From Candidatus Anderseniibacteriota bacterium (lineage in GTDB: Bacteria > Patescibacteriota > JAUYIX01): a DNA stretch of 64,000 nt. Positions 9,832 through 19,805 of this stretch are shown piece by piece. Positions within the stretch are counted from its first letter, which is position 1, and every line of letters begins with the position of its first letter. The notes under the pieces were generated by a model. It was given only the letters and a program-made list of their open reading frames with translations. It had not been told where the DNA came from and searched no databases. The translations under genes and the position numbers were made by a program. The DNA lies in NCBI GenBank assembly GCA_046350855.1, contig JAXLZM010000002.1:14103-78102 (forward strand). Direction: 5' to 3'.

Positions 9832-10899
9832 CTACCAGTTGTACTGCTTGGGATCAAATCCCTCTCCGCAGATCGTGTCGAGCAAAGCCGTGCACACCTT
9901 GTAGGGGTCTGCGTTGGCGGCTGGGCGACGATCCTCGAGGTACCCGTAGGTATCGCGAACAACGCCGAGAGGAATCCGCACGGAGGCACCCCGGTCACCC
10001 TTGCCCCAGCGGAACTGCTCGATCGAGCAAGTCTCGTGGAGTCCGGTCAGGCGCTTGTCATTACCTCGGCCATAGACCGCAATGTGCTGAGCGTGACGCT
10101 TTTCCAGGCTACGGCAGGCCGCTTCGATAACCGAGAGACCATCCTTTTGACGCATCTCCTGAGTCGAGAAGTTGGTGTGTGCTCCGGCTCCGTTCCAGTC
10201 GCCCTCGACCGGTTTGGGTGAGAGCTTGACATAGGCCCCATGCTTGGCCGCGATCCGATACAGGAGCCAACGACAGAGCCAGAGATGGTCCGCGACCATG
10301 AGGGGGTTCTGGTGGCCGACCTGAAACTCCCATTGGCCCGGCATGACCTCGGCGTTGGTACCGGCGATCAGCAAGTCAGCGTCCAGGCAGGCCTTGGTAT
10401 GCTCCTCGACGATCTCTGTCCCGAACACTTCGTCGTAGCCGACCCCACAGTAGTACCCACCCTGTGGCTCGGGGTAGCCCTCGGGCGGAAATCCCAGTGG
10501 ACGCCCCTTCTTAAAGAAGGTGTACTCCTGTTCGATCCCGACCCATGGCACACTCTCGCGATACTTGTAACAAGCCCCCTCCAGGGGCCTACGCGTGTTG
10601 GACTTGTGCGGCGTTAGCACCTTATCGAAGTTGAGCACCTCACAGAGCACCAGGACATCCGCCCCTCCCCGCAGTGGATCGGGAACGACGGTCATTGGCT
10701 TGAGAACCCGATCCGAGTTGGCCGTGTCGGCCTGGTACGTGGAAGAGCCGTCGAACCCCCACTCCGGTAGGCGCTCCTTGTCCGAGCTAGCACTGACGAT
10801 CTTGGTTTTGGAACGAAGCTTGGCGGTGTCGCGCTCGTTTTTTTCCTTGTCGAGCACTTTACCGCCATCGATCCAGATATATTCCGCGCGAAATCTCAC
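9832..10899 (-). CDS. glnII: Glutamine synthetase type II
   Basis: EYIWIDG, LRSKTK, WGFDGSST, GIEQEY, GTNAEVMPGQWEFQVG, DWNGAGAHTNFST, RLTGLHET, YLEDRRPAANADPY; 355 aa GSII length; AGGAG SD before GTG. Confidence 0.95.
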   Translation of the reverse strand: MRFRAEYIWIDGGKVLDKEKNERDTAKLRSKTKIVSASSDKERLPEWGFDGSSTYQADTANSDRVLKPMTVVPDPLRGGADVLVLCEVLNFDKVLTPHKSNTRRPLEGACYKYRESVPWVGIEQEYTFFKKGRPLGFPPEGYPEPQGGYYCGVGYDEVFGTEIVEEHTKACLDADLLIAGTNAEVMPGQWEFQVGHQNPLMVADHLWLCRWLLYRIAAKHGAYVKLSPKPVEGDWNGAGAHTNFSTQEMRQKDGLSVIEAACRSLEKRHAQHIAVYGRGNDKRLTGLHETCSIEQFRWGKGDRGASVRIPLGVVRDTYGYLEDRRPAANADPYKVCTALLDTICGEGFDPKQYNW

Positions 10900-11043
10900 G
10901 GTGTTTCTCCTTTTCGCTGTGTGTTCGCCGCTGTACTTACAGCATGCGGTTGTAATAGGACACTGGGTTCACCCTAGCCTATGACCATGCCTACCTGCAA
11001 ACAGCTTGAAAAGCTAAGCCGCTATTGGTAGACCTAGGAGGCT

Positions 11044-11135
11044 GGAGAGGTGCGTGAGCGGTTGAAACGAGCAGTTTCGAAAACTGCCATACCCTTTATC
11101 GGGTATCGTGGGTTCAAATCCCACCCTCTCCGCCA
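11044..11135 (+). tRNA. tRNA-Ser(CGA)
   Basis: Acceptor GGAGAGG/CCTCTCC, anticodon arm GCAGT-TTCGAAA-ACTGC, long variable arm, GGTTCAAATCC, encoded CCA. Confidence 0.97.
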
Positions 11136-11174
11136 GCTAACTGATGAGGCGGCGACGCCTGCTATACTACCCTC

Positions 11175-11906
11175 ATGCAACTTAACCCCCGACTCATGCT
11201 CGCAGGCTCACTCGTGCTTGGTGCACTGGGTGGCGTCGTACTAGGCGTAGCTTTTAAACCAGCCATGGTTGACTATACGCCGATTATTAATCCGGTCGAT
11301 TTTGTCGGAGAAATCAGCAATCCCTTTTTTACGCTTACACCCGGGAGCGTTTTTACCTATGAGAACAGCACACCTGAGGGTCTTGAGGTCATTACGGTCA
11401 CCGTCACCCATGAGACTAAGCGCATTATGGGGGTGACTACGACGGTGGTGCATGACGTCTCGACCGTCAACGGGCAACTCCACGAGGACACCCAGGACTG
11501 GTACGCCCAAGATCGCGATGGAACGGTCTGGTACTTTGGCGAGGCGGTCGACAATTACGAGAACGGCGCGATCAAAGACCACGCTGGCTCATGGGAGGCC
11601 GGCGTCAATGGCGCCCAACCCGGTATCATCATGCAGGCACACCCGGCCGTCGGCCAAACCTATCGCCAAGAGTATTCCAAGGGGATCGCGGAGGATCTGG
11701 CTGAGGTTGTGGACCTAGACCAAAGTGTGACCGTTCCAACCGGCACTTACACCGGCTGCCTCCAAACTCGCGACTCGAGCGCCATCGAAAAATCTTTGAT
11801 CGAGAGCAAATACTATTGTCCAACGGTAGGGTTTATCACCCTTGAGACGGATTTGGCCGGCGGCACCGACAAGGTCCAGCTGACCAAATTTACCCAACCA
11901 AAATGA
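11175..11906 (+). CDS. Exported hypothetical protein (NPFFTLTPG ... DWYAQD ... SWEAGVNGAQPGIIM family)
   Basis: N-terminal hydrophobic anchor, soluble beta-rich domain; -10 TATACT 6 nt before ATG. Confidence 0.8.
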   Translation: MQLNPRLMLAGSLVLGALGGVVLGVAFKPAMVDYTPIINPVDFVGEISNPFFTLTPGSVFTYENSTPEGLEVITVTVTHETKRIMGVTTTVVHDVSTVNGQLHEDTQDWYAQDRDGTVWYFGEAVDNYENGAIKDHAGSWEAGVNGAQPGIIMQAHPAVGQTYRQEYSKGIAEDLAEVVDLDQSVTVPTGTYTGCLQTRDSSAIEKSLIESKYYCPTVGFITLETDLAGGTDKVQLTKFTQPK

Positions 11907-12304
11907 GCGATCGGGCTCGTCAGGCCGAGTCGTTTTATCAGGAGGCCCGTAGCCTCATGTCCCAAGCCAACGACAAACTCACCTCTTTGGCCGTGTTTGT
12001 AGCGGGGATTGGATTTACCGCGGCAGAACTCTTTGGCATCGAGCGCTTGGCCAGTTTTGAGCGCTATTTGCTTCTGGCCGCCCTCCTACTCAATCTCATC
12101 TCGGCCTGTTTAGGGGTCTGGGTCACCTTGCGGGTTAATGATTTTCTCAACTCGACCGGCGAGGTCCTCTCGAGTAGTTCTCCCGACAGCCAATTGGCGC
12201 AAGATTTTGAACCCTGGCAGTTTAAGATGCAACTCGCCACCTTTGTCCTGGGCCTGATCGCTCTGATCGGCCTGGTCTCGATCCGGCTAGTGAGCGCCCC
12301 ATGA
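11903..12304 (+). CDS. Hypothetical membrane protein (3 TM)
   Basis: Three hydrophobic segments; ATGA overlaps with both neighbours. Confidence 0.75.
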   Translation: MSDRARQAESFYQEARSLMSQANDKLTSLAVFVAGIGFTAAELFGIERLASFERYLLLAALLLNLISACLGVWVTLRVNDFLNSTGEVLSSSSPDSQLAQDFEPWQFKMQLATFVLGLIALIGLVSIRLVSAP

Positions 12305-14559
12305 CCGCTCCGACTAGTGGTTCACCCTGGTTTACAAGCACCGCGGACAAGCAGCGGTACCCCACCCTGACCGGCAGTAAACGCGCCGAGGTCGTGGTTG
12401 TAGGTGCCGGAATTGCGGGCTGTCTGACGGCCTGGCGTCTGGCTGAACTCGGCGCGCAGGTCGTGTTGCTCGAGGCCAACCACGTTGCCACGGGCGACAC
12501 AGGATTTACTACCGCCTTTGTGACGCGCGTACCCGATACTGCACTGGCACCGTTAGCAAAGCGCTACGGCGAACGCTTTGTCGAGCGTCTCTTTGAGGCC
12601 AATGCCGAGGCGCAACGCTACCTGCGCGAGCTGGTCACCAAGCAACGACTCGACTGCGACTGGCACGAGTGCCGTTCCTTTATCGTTGAGTTTGGACAGA
12701 GCAGTGCGGCTCTCGATCATGAGTGGCAGATTTTGCAGCAGGTAGAACCTCGCTCCCACCGCGCTACCCCCGAGGAGCTCAAAAAAGCCGTGCCGTCCGC
12801 CAACCATGGCCTCGTTATCGAGCAAGAGGCGCGTTTTGACCCGCGCGCGTTTTTGCTCGGTCTCCTCGCCACCCCGACCGGCAGCACGATCGCTGTTCAC
12901 GAACAGTCCGCCGTGACTGATTTTACGGTCGATGGCTTGGGCGTCACGGTCAAGACCGAGCAGGGTGAGATCAAGGCTGACAGAGTCATTTTTACTACAG
13001 GCCTCCCTAACCCAGGGTTATTTGAACTGCACCACCTCTTTACGCCACGTAAAACTTTTGCGCTCCTCGCTCAGTATGCGCGCCTCCCAATGAGCGACGA
13101 CTTGGTTTGGGACACCTCCGACCCGTACTTTTACCTACGTACCCTCAAGGGTCAACTCATGTTGGGTGGGGCCGACACACCCCTTGGTAACACCAGCGCC
13201 GACCCCAAAGCCTCGTACGCCAAACTGGAGCACTTTTTAGAGCGGCGCTTTGCGGGCCAGCACCAAGTCACCGCGCGCTGGTCGGGCACTCTTTTGTATA
13301 CGAGTGATGGATTGCCGTACGCCGCCGTCCACCCGCACTATCGGGGCCGCGTCTTAGTAGCCTGCGGGTTTGCCGGCAACGGGATGGTGATGGGGACGGC
13401 TGCCGGCCTGCTCCTGGCCGAGCTCGCTCTCGAGCACAAATCCGCCACCACTGAGCGCGCTGATCTTTTTGCCTTTGCTCGCACCCACGCCAGTATCCCT
13501 GCTCCCCAAAAAGAGTCGAGCGCACCTGCGGCGGCGGTAGTGGCCTCTGGCGGCAGACTACAGATCGGTGTTCTGGCGGCCAAAATTCTGCTGCCGGTGA
13601 TCTATGTGATCGCACTGGTGGCACCTGCTCTCGTCTTTTTTACCCAACGCAACGGTTTTGGCTTTATCAGCGCCGCACCCGATCTCAAGACGCTCAGCCT
13701 ACTGCTCTTTCCACTGGTAGGACTCTATGCCTTTACCCTGGTGTGGGCCCAAGTGATGCTGGGGTCCGGCATGCCGCTCTGGCGACGAGCCTACCCCTGG
13801 ATCGAAAAATTCCACCGGGTCGAGGGCGTCTTTGTGTTGCTTTTTGCGGGCCTACATCCAAGTCTGATCTTTTTTGCCTACGGAGTGGACTACTTCCACT
13901 TTCCGTTTGTTACCCCGGACCACCGCATCTTTGCTTGGATGGGGGAGTTCCAGCTCACTTTGATCATCGTCACGGTGCTCACGGCACTGCTACGCAAATC
14001 CAAACGACTCCAAAAAGTGTGGCGCTACATCCACTGGGCCAACTACGTGGTCTTTACCTCGGCCTGGATTCACTCCTGGTTTTTGGGATCGGACGTACGC
14101 ACGACCTCGCTTAAGTACCTCTGGCTCTTTTTTGGAGCAAGCGTTGTAGTCTCCTTTGTCTTACGGATCGCACGCGGGATCAAAAATAAGCGCGCCGCTC
14201 AAGCGGGTCCAAGTACGGGCGTGGGGGGAACCACAGCAAAAGCCGCTGGCCTGGGCCACTTTGTCCCGGTCGTGGCCGCGGCCCAGGTGCCCGACCAAAA
14301 ACCGCTCTGTGTCACGGTCAACAAGCAAGCCATCGCCCTCTACAAAATCAATGGGCGCTTTTTTGCCACGACTAACACCTGCTCCCACCAAGGCGGCCCG
14401 CTCTGCGAGGGCCAACTGCGCGACGGGGTTGTGCAGTGCCCCTGGCACGGCTCCCGCTTTAACGTCAAAACAGGCGCGGTGGTGGGCGGCCCTGCAGAGC
14501 GGGCCGTCACGGTCTACCCCACGCGTGTGCGCAACGGCCAAGTAGAAATACAGGTCTAG
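12301..14559 (+). CDS. Fusion: DAO-type FAD oxidoreductase + ferric-reductase-like TM domain + Rieske 2Fe-2S domain
   Basis: VVVVGAGIAG FAD motif, GFAGNGM; ~6 TMs with His in FHRVEG, LHPSL, WRYIHWANY, IHSW; Rieske CSHQGGPL...CPWHGSRF. Confidence 0.88.
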   Translation: MTAPTSGSPWFTSTADKQRYPTLTGSKRAEVVVVGAGIAGCLTAWRLAELGAQVVLLEANHVATGDTGFTTAFVTRVPDTALAPLAKRYGERFVERLFEANAEAQRYLRELVTKQRLDCDWHECRSFIVEFGQSSAALDHEWQILQQVEPRSHRATPEELKKAVPSANHGLVIEQEARFDPRAFLLGLLATPTGSTIAVHEQSAVTDFTVDGLGVTVKTEQGEIKADRVIFTTGLPNPGLFELHHLFTPRKTFALLAQYARLPMSDDLVWDTSDPYFYLRTLKGQLMLGGADTPLGNTSADPKASYAKLEHFLERRFAGQHQVTARWSGTLLYTSDGLPYAAVHPHYRGRVLVACGFAGNGMVMGTAAGLLLAELALEHKSATTERADLFAFARTHASIPAPQKESSAPAAAVVASGGRLQIGVLAAKILLPVIYVIALVAPALVFFTQRNGFGFISAAPDLKTLSLLLFPLVGLYAFTLVWAQVMLGSGMPLWRRAYPWIEKFHRVEGVFVLLFAGLHPSLIFFAYGVDYFHFPFVTPDHRIFAWMGEFQLTLIIVTVLTALLRKSKRLQKVWRYIHWANYVVFTSAWIHSWFLGSDVRTTSLKYLWLFFGASVVVSFVLRIARGIKNKRAAQAGPSTGVGGTTAKAAGLGHFVPVVAAAQVPDQKPLCVTVNKQAIALYKINGRFFATTNTCSHQGGPLCEGQLRDGVVQCPWHGSRFNVKTGAVVGGPAERAVTVYPTRVRNGQVEIQV

Positions 14560-14586
14560 ACCGGGTATGCTTAAGCCATAAGGAGC

Positions 14587-16035
14587 ATGCAACGCTTTCT
14601 GCGGATTTTCCGCCCACTCGCCAACCCCCACTTCCGATCCGCGCCTAGGCGCTGGTCTCGTGCGCGTCGTACTACTGCCGGGCGCGCACTACGCTTACTG
14701 GTGGTTCTGCTTTTGCCAACGATCTTGTCGGCTTGTGCTAGTCCGCAGGGCCAGCCACTCCACCTCACCTGGTGGAACGTCTTTGACGACCCGACCGTCT
14801 ACCAAGACATGATCAAAACCTACGAGGAGGACCACAACGTCGACATTGAGCTCGTGACCTTCTCCTACGCCGAGTATGAGCAAGAACTGGTGCGCTCGCT
14901 CGCCGCTGGGACCGGCCCTGACATCTTTACCATTCAAAATACCTGGCTGCCCGAGCACCGCGATTTGATTGCCCCCGTGCCCGTCGCTGAGGACTTTACC
15001 AGCGCCACCCCGGATGAACTCAAGGCCATTCAACCCCGCGTCGAGGCCCTGCCTGGATTACGCAGTTTTGTTGATACCTACGTCCCCACCGTCTCGCAAG
15101 ATTTTGTCTCGGAAGGCCGCATTTACGCCATCCCGCTCTACGTTGATAGCTTGGCGCTCTACTACAACAAGGACTTACTCAACTCCGCCAACCAGCAGGT
15201 TCCAACCACCTGGGACGAATTTGTCAAAGTAGCTAATGCACTTACCACGCGCGACGCCAATGGCCGCATCACCCGCTCGGGAGCCGCCTTGGGTGCCGCG
15301 ACTAACATTAATCGTTCGACCGATATCCTCTCGGCCTTGATGCTCCAAAACGGAGCGAGCCCCGTCGACACCGAACGTCAGTTTGCCGCCTTTGATCGCG
15401 GCGAGGAGCGAGCGGACGGCAGCGAACTCAACCCTGGCTTGGATGCCCTCAAGTTTTATACGGATTTTGCGATCGATTCGAGCGATCATTTTACCTGGAG
15501 CCTGGACCCCGCTATCTGGTACTCGATCGACAACTTTGCCTCAGGCGAGGTAGCCATGATGCTCAATTACTCGCACCAGGTCGACGAGGTACGGAGCAAA
15601 AATGCCAAGCTCAACTTTGGAATTGCCCGACTACCTAACCCAGCCGGCGCGCGGTTCTACCAGACCTATGCCAATTACTGGGGGCAGACCGTCTCCAAAG
15701 CGAGCCCCAACGTCTTAGATGCGTGGGAATTTATCAACTATCTGAGCCGGGACGATAATAACCTGACGTATTTGCAAAACGCCCATAAACCACCCGCCAA
15801 ATTGGCTCAAATTCCCGCCTTTGAAAACGATTTAGATCTCGGTGTCTTTGCCGATCAAGCCGCCGTGGCCAAGAGCCTCTATACCCCGGACATCAACCTG
15901 ACGGAGACGGTCCTTGCAGCAGCGATCGAAGATGTTATCCTCAACCGACGCCCGGCTCTAGACGCGCTCCAGGTCGCTGCCAGCCAAATCACACAGCGCT
16001 TGCAGAGCCGTGCCTTTCCACCCACAGGCATTTAA
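14587..16035 (+). CDS. ABC transporter extracellular solute-binding lipoprotein (sugar-binding family)
   Basis: Lipobox LSAC, GTGPDIF, YAIPLYVDSLALYYNKDLL, PTTWDEF, FASGEVAMML. True start may be downstream. Confidence 0.88.
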   Translation: MQRFLRIFRPLANPHFRSAPRRWSRARRTTAGRALRLLVVLLLPTILSACASPQGQPLHLTWWNVFDDPTVYQDMIKTYEEDHNVDIELVTFSYAEYEQELVRSLAAGTGPDIFTIQNTWLPEHRDLIAPVPVAEDFTSATPDELKAIQPRVEALPGLRSFVDTYVPTVSQDFVSEGRIYAIPLYVDSLALYYNKDLLNSANQQVPTTWDEFVKVANALTTRDANGRITRSGAALGAATNINRSTDILSALMLQNGASPVDTERQFAAFDRGEERADGSELNPGLDALKFYTDFAIDSSDHFTWSLDPAIWYSIDNFASGEVAMMLNYSHQVDEVRSKNAKLNFGIARLPNPAGARFYQTYANYWGQTVSKASPNVLDAWEFINYLSRDDNNLTYLQNAHKPPAKLAQIPAFENDLDLGVFADQAAVAKSLYTPDINLTETVLAAAIEDVILNRRPALDALQVAASQITQRLQSRAFPPTGI

Positions 16036-16060
16036 GCCCTATCTAAGGTAAGCTATAGCC

Positions 16061-16471
16061 ATGATCGAGAACGTAAAGGACCAGGTTTTGTTGCTGGCCA
16101 CTACGCTAAGTCAACGTAACCCCTTTCCTACCGGCGGTGGAACTGGTAATCCCCCGACGGGAGGTGGCACCGGCAACCCTGTTAACTGTCCAGCAGGGCA
16201 GGTGTGTCCGCCGAGCAATTTACCAACCGGGTCCCTTGAGGGGATCGTCACTAACGTTATCAACTGGGGTTTGGGCATCGCCGGAACCGTAGCGGTCTTG
16301 ATGTTGGTTGTCGGTGGCTTTATGTACATCACCGCTGCCGGGGACGAACGCCGCCTCGATCGCGCCAAGGCTATCGTACGCGGAGCGATTACGGGGGTCA
16401 TTATTATCTTGATTTCCGCTATAATAGTTAACACACTTAATTACGCCCTTTTTAGGGGCACCACACCATGA
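16061..16471 (+). CDS. VirB2/TrbC-like (T4SS-type) pilin 1
   Basis: NVINWGLGIAGTVAVLMLVVGGFMYITAAGDE...AKAIVRGAITGVIII signature. Confidence 0.85.
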   Translation: MIENVKDQVLLLATTLSQRNPFPTGGGTGNPPTGGGTGNPVNCPAGQVCPPSNLPTGSLEGIVTNVINWGLGIAGTVAVLMLVVGGFMYITAAGDERRLDRAKAIVRGAITGVIIILISAIIVNTLNYALFRGTTP

Positions 16472-16821
16472 TCAAAACTCTTCTTTTAGCGCAGCAATAT
16501 ATTTCTCCGCCTTCGAGCGTAAACTTGCCAGGCAGTAGCGGTGGAGTAACCATTACGACCCCGATCGTTAACGTTATCAACTGGGGCCTCGCGGTTGCAG
16601 GCGGGGTCGCGATCTTGGTACTGATTATCAGCGGCTTTTTGTACGTGACCGCGGCTGGTAACGAGCGCGGTCTTGAGCGCGCCAAAACCGGCATCAAGGG
16701 CGCTATCACGGGCATTATCATCATGCTCTTGGCCGCCATCATTGTGAACACGATCAACTTTGCCTTGACCCGCGGGGGTGGCAGTGGGACTTCTACACCA
16801 CGTACGATTTTTACCCCCTAG
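16468..16821 (+). CDS. VirB2/TrbC-like pilin 2
   Basis: Paralogue of 16061: NVINWGL...GFLYVTAAGNE...AKTGIKGAITG. Confidence 0.85.
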   Translation: MIKTLLLAQQYISPPSSVNLPGSSGGVTITTPIVNVINWGLAVAGGVAILVLIISGFLYVTAAGNERGLERAKTGIKGAITGIIIMLLAAIIVNTINFALTRGGGSGTSTPRTIFTP

Positions 16822-16898
16822 AGCAGGCCGTCACAGTTCTGCTATACTACTTGCACGGTTTTCCACAATAAGCTAAAAAGGAGCAACCTAACACACCT

Positions 16899-17255
16899 AT
16901 GAACAAACTCACTTCAAAAGTCATCGCAAAAACCAGCGCCGTTGCCGGTGCAGTCGGTAGTCTCTTAGTTGCTCGCAGCGCCTGGGCCCAAGTCGGCGTG
17001 CCGCGTATTCCGCAGCTTCGCAATGACACCATCTTCGACACGATCATCGCGGTCGTGACCTGGGGTCTTGGGATCGCCGGTGCGGTGGCAGTGCTCTACC
17101 TGATCGTTGGTGGGTTCCTCTACATTACCGCCGGTGGAGATGAGGGTCGGATCGAAAAAGCCAAGAACACGATTAAGAACGCCATCATCGGTATCGTCGT
17201 GATCTTGCTGGCCTTAGTCATCGTGCTCACCCTCAACGAGGTCTTGGCACCCTGA
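16899..17255 (+). CDS. VirB2/TrbC-like pilin 3 with signal peptide
   Basis: Signal ending AWA; GGFLYITAGGDEGRIEKAKNTIKNAIIG; own extended -10 TGCTATACT (16840) and AGGAG SD. Confidence 0.88.
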   Translation: MNKLTSKVIAKTSAVAGAVGSLLVARSAWAQVGVPRIPQLRNDTIFDTIIAVVTWGLGIAGAVAVLYLIVGGFLYITAGGDEGRIEKAKNTIKNAIIGIVVILLALVIVLTLNEVLAP

Positions 17256-17294
17256 TCGGTCAGTCCCAAAAGGACGAACTTTTTAAGCAAAAGA

Positions 17295-17328
17295 AAAAGA
17301 CCACCAGGATACAACCGGGTGGTCTTTT
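17295..17328. terminator. Bidirectional intrinsic terminator
   Basis: AAAAGACCACC...GGTGGTCTTTT between convergent genes. Confidence 0.8.
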
Positions 17329-17432
17329 GTAATTGGGTCGCTAATCCGCGACCGTGAAGGTGCAAACGTGCAAAGGAACTAGAGTCTAAACAGTAGTGCC
17401 TGGGACGGACCGAGGCGCTTGTCTTTCTCTTT

Positions 17433-18917
17433 CTAGGAGTGGGTTTCGTGTGGCACGGTCCGCTCCACAACCGTGCTGGCTTCCTGGTCGCTACAGCCGG
17501 ACATCAAAAGCCAGTAGCCGTCGACATCGTTTCCCCCCAGAGGACGCCAGTCACGATAGGGATCAGCGGCAGTCGTAAAGCGGGGATGCCGCTTGTAGTA
17601 CTTGACCGGTCCCGATGCGTCCACAATCCAGGTGTATCGGTCATCCGCCTTGAGATTGACATACAAGTAGTGCCCCGGGGGAGCCGAGAGATTGGTGAGC
17701 TTCTTGGTGAAGCCCGCCTCTCCCCGTGGACTGAGAGAGGTCTCTTTCTCAAGGGGTGTCGCCTCACAGCCAAAGCTAGCATTTTGACACTCCTCGGGCA
17801 GAACATCCTGTCTAGTGACCCAGTACACATCCAGCTTTCCCTCCACAGGATCACAGTTACCTGCCTCAAAGTTGAATCCACTGGTGGCCAGAAGAGGCAT
17901 CTTGGGCCCTGTTCCGGCTGGAGTAACCGAATCGGCTGCACTCTCAATTGCCGTAGTGACACCAGTTCCAACCGCAACGAGCGGACGAGCCGCCCACTTT
18001 GGTAGAACCGTGTCAGCAGGAGTGTCCTTGATCCTCTTGTAGGTGGGCCAAATGGCCAAGAACAAGAGTACCACTGCCCCAAACTTGGCCAGCGATCCAA
18101 CGGGCTTGGTAGTCACCGACATCTTGAAGATGCCGCTGACCATCAGCAGGATCGCCGCTCCAATGAAGTACCATGGGGTGATGCCGTTCCAGTTGAGGTT
18201 GTTGGGAACCCGAAGTCCCATCCAGTCGAACAGGCCAAAAGCCTGTAAGACTAACAACACTACCCCGCCAATGAGACCGGCGTGAACAGCCTGCTTCATG
18301 GGCGGCGACATTGGGATGTCCTTGTAACCTACCCATACCACGGCGGCAAGGTAGAGCAACAAAACCCCAACGCGCATGCCAAAGGCAATGGGGTGTCCTA
18401 GTTGGTAGCCCTCCCAAATGATCGCGCACCAGACCAGGTGTACCGCCAGTACGCCCGCGCCATAGATACGAGCCAACTTGAGGGCGCCCGCAACTTTGTC
18501 CCAGCCGATATCCTCATCTCCGACGATCGGGATGGCGCTGCCTCGCCACACTTGGGCGATCCGCCGCATGATACCGGCCCCGAGGTTCCCGATTCCCTCC
18601 ACACCATCCAACAGAGCAGCTGCGATTGCGACCAGAATCGTCAGTTCATACAGCGCACCAACGAGGGCGATGTTGCTGACGAAGATGGCCATACAGTCGA
18701 CGGTCCATGCGACGTAGGGGAAAGCCACAAAAGCTCCCATCGACGCGAATAAGCCGAACAGATGTGCGACCAGGAAGAGAACGATGAACAGGGCGAACCG
18801 GAACATCCTCCTGACGAGGAAGGCCCAGAAATCCTGGTAGTTGGCCAAGAAGAGGTTACGAAAGAACCTCGTCAAGGCCTTGGCGTTGAAGAGCAGGAAA
18901 CGATTCCATGTGTGCAT
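17433..18917 (-). CDS. Hypothetical polytopic membrane protein with Cys-containing C-terminal soluble domain
   Basis: 494-aa ORF, ~8 hydrophobic segments, GGAGG SD upstream. Confidence 0.75.
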   Translation of the reverse strand: MHTWNRFLLFNAKALTRFFRNLFLANYQDFWAFLVRRMFRFALFIVLFLVAHLFGLFASMGAFVAFPYVAWTVDCMAIFVSNIALVGALYELTILVAIAAALLDGVEGIGNLGAGIMRRIAQVWRGSAIPIVGDEDIGWDKVAGALKLARIYGAGVLAVHLVWCAIIWEGYQLGHPIAFGMRVGVLLLYLAAVVWVGYKDIPMSPPMKQAVHAGLIGGVVLLVLQAFGLFDWMGLRVPNNLNWNGITPWYFIGAAILLMVSGIFKMSVTTKPVGSLAKFGAVVLLFLAIWPTYKRIKDTPADTVLPKWAARPLVAVGTGVTTAIESAADSVTPAGTGPKMPLLATSGFNFEAGNCDPVEGKLDVYWVTRQDVLPEECQNASFGCEATPLEKETSLSPRGEAGFTKKLTNLSAPPGHYLYVNLKADDRYTWIVDASGPVKYYKRHPRFTTAADPYRDWRPLGGNDVDGYWLLMSGCSDQEASTVVERTVPHETHS

Positions 18918-19090
18918 TATTTTTTCCTCCGGACCTGGTCGATCAGGTTGAACGACCGAGGCAGCCGAATGGGTGCACGCACCAGTTGATTGGGAGAGCC
19001 GCCAGTCGTAGTGTCTGGCAGTAAGCCGGCAGGTTCAGGCGGGACACCTTGAGCGGTTGTTTCTTGGGCCGGCGCCACATCGATCACCAT
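18917..19090 (-). CDS. Small 57-aa hypothetical protein (absent from ORF track)
   Basis: MVIDVAPAQETT...LIDQVRRKK; stop overlaps next start as TAATG. Confidence 0.5.
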   Translation of the reverse strand: MVIDVAPAQETTAQGVPPEPAGLLPDTTTGGSPNQLVRAPIRLPRSFNLIDQVRRKK

Positions 19091-19102
19091 GCCATTGTGG
19101 TG

Positions 19103-19390
19103 TCACGAAGAAGGGTTATTCTTGACCTTTTGCGCTTCCAACGAAAGAAGCTGCCCAGGGTCGAGAGAGCGCCAGCAGCCACTCGAGGAATTAAATCGAT
19201 CCTCCTCGCGCTGCCGAGCCTGTTCCTCCGTCATGGGCCGGTAGGAGCCGGAGTTGAAGATGTGTCCGTCCAGTGCGGTTGGAGCAGACGCAGCTTGTGC
19301 TGGTCCGTAGCAGAGTTCAGCGGGTTTTAAGCGAAGGCCTCGAACTCTCGCTTGTGTCATTCTCACCCAAAGTCCATCTTCATCCTCCAA
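19103..19390 (-). CDS. Hypothetical protein
   Basis: 95-aa ORF overlapping the end of the upstream ORF, same strand. Confidence 0.5.
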   Translation of the reverse strand: MEDEDGLWVRMTQARVRGLRLKPAELCYGPAQAASAPTALDGHIFNSGSYRPMTEEQARQREEDRFNSSSGCWRSLDPGQLLSLEAQKVKNNPSS

Positions 19391-19805
19391 AAAGGCCTCG
19401 ACGGATCTTCCTTAGACTTCTCCGGTCTTCTCCTCTTCTTTGCTCACTTGCCATTGAACAACGAAGTGAAGAATGCCGGGAAAGCTCCCGCTTGGCTTCT
19501 TTGCGATTGTCCTGTTCGTTGTTGGGCAGTTTGTCGGTCGCAGCGGTTTCACCGCCGAGCGTACCAACGATAAAGCTGGCAATGACGGCGGCGTTGTCCT
19601 TGACGACCTTGGCACTCTTGGGTCCAAGATCGGCTACGAACTTCTTGATCTTGACGCCGTGCAACTGCCAAAAAGCCAAAGCCGTGACAGCACCTCCCAG
19701 GTCGAGAGACCCTAGTAAAAAGATCTCGCGAACCATTTTGAGTACCTGGTATGCCTCAGCCAAGCGAAAGGCTGCGTTGAATGCGTCCGCTCCCTTATTC
19801 TTCAT
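19380..19805 (-). CDS. Hypothetical protein (start MKNKGAD)
   Basis: AAGGAG SD just before ATG; promoter TTGACT-17-TAGTTT at ~19930-19958 on minus strand. Confidence 0.6.
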   Translation of the reverse strand: MKNKGADAFNAAFRLAEAYQVLKMVREIFLLGSLDLGGAVTALAFWQLHGVKIKKFVADLGPKSAKVVKDNAAVIASFIVGTLGGETAATDKLPNNEQDNRKEAKRELSRHSSLRCSMASEQRRGEDRRSLRKIRRGLFGG

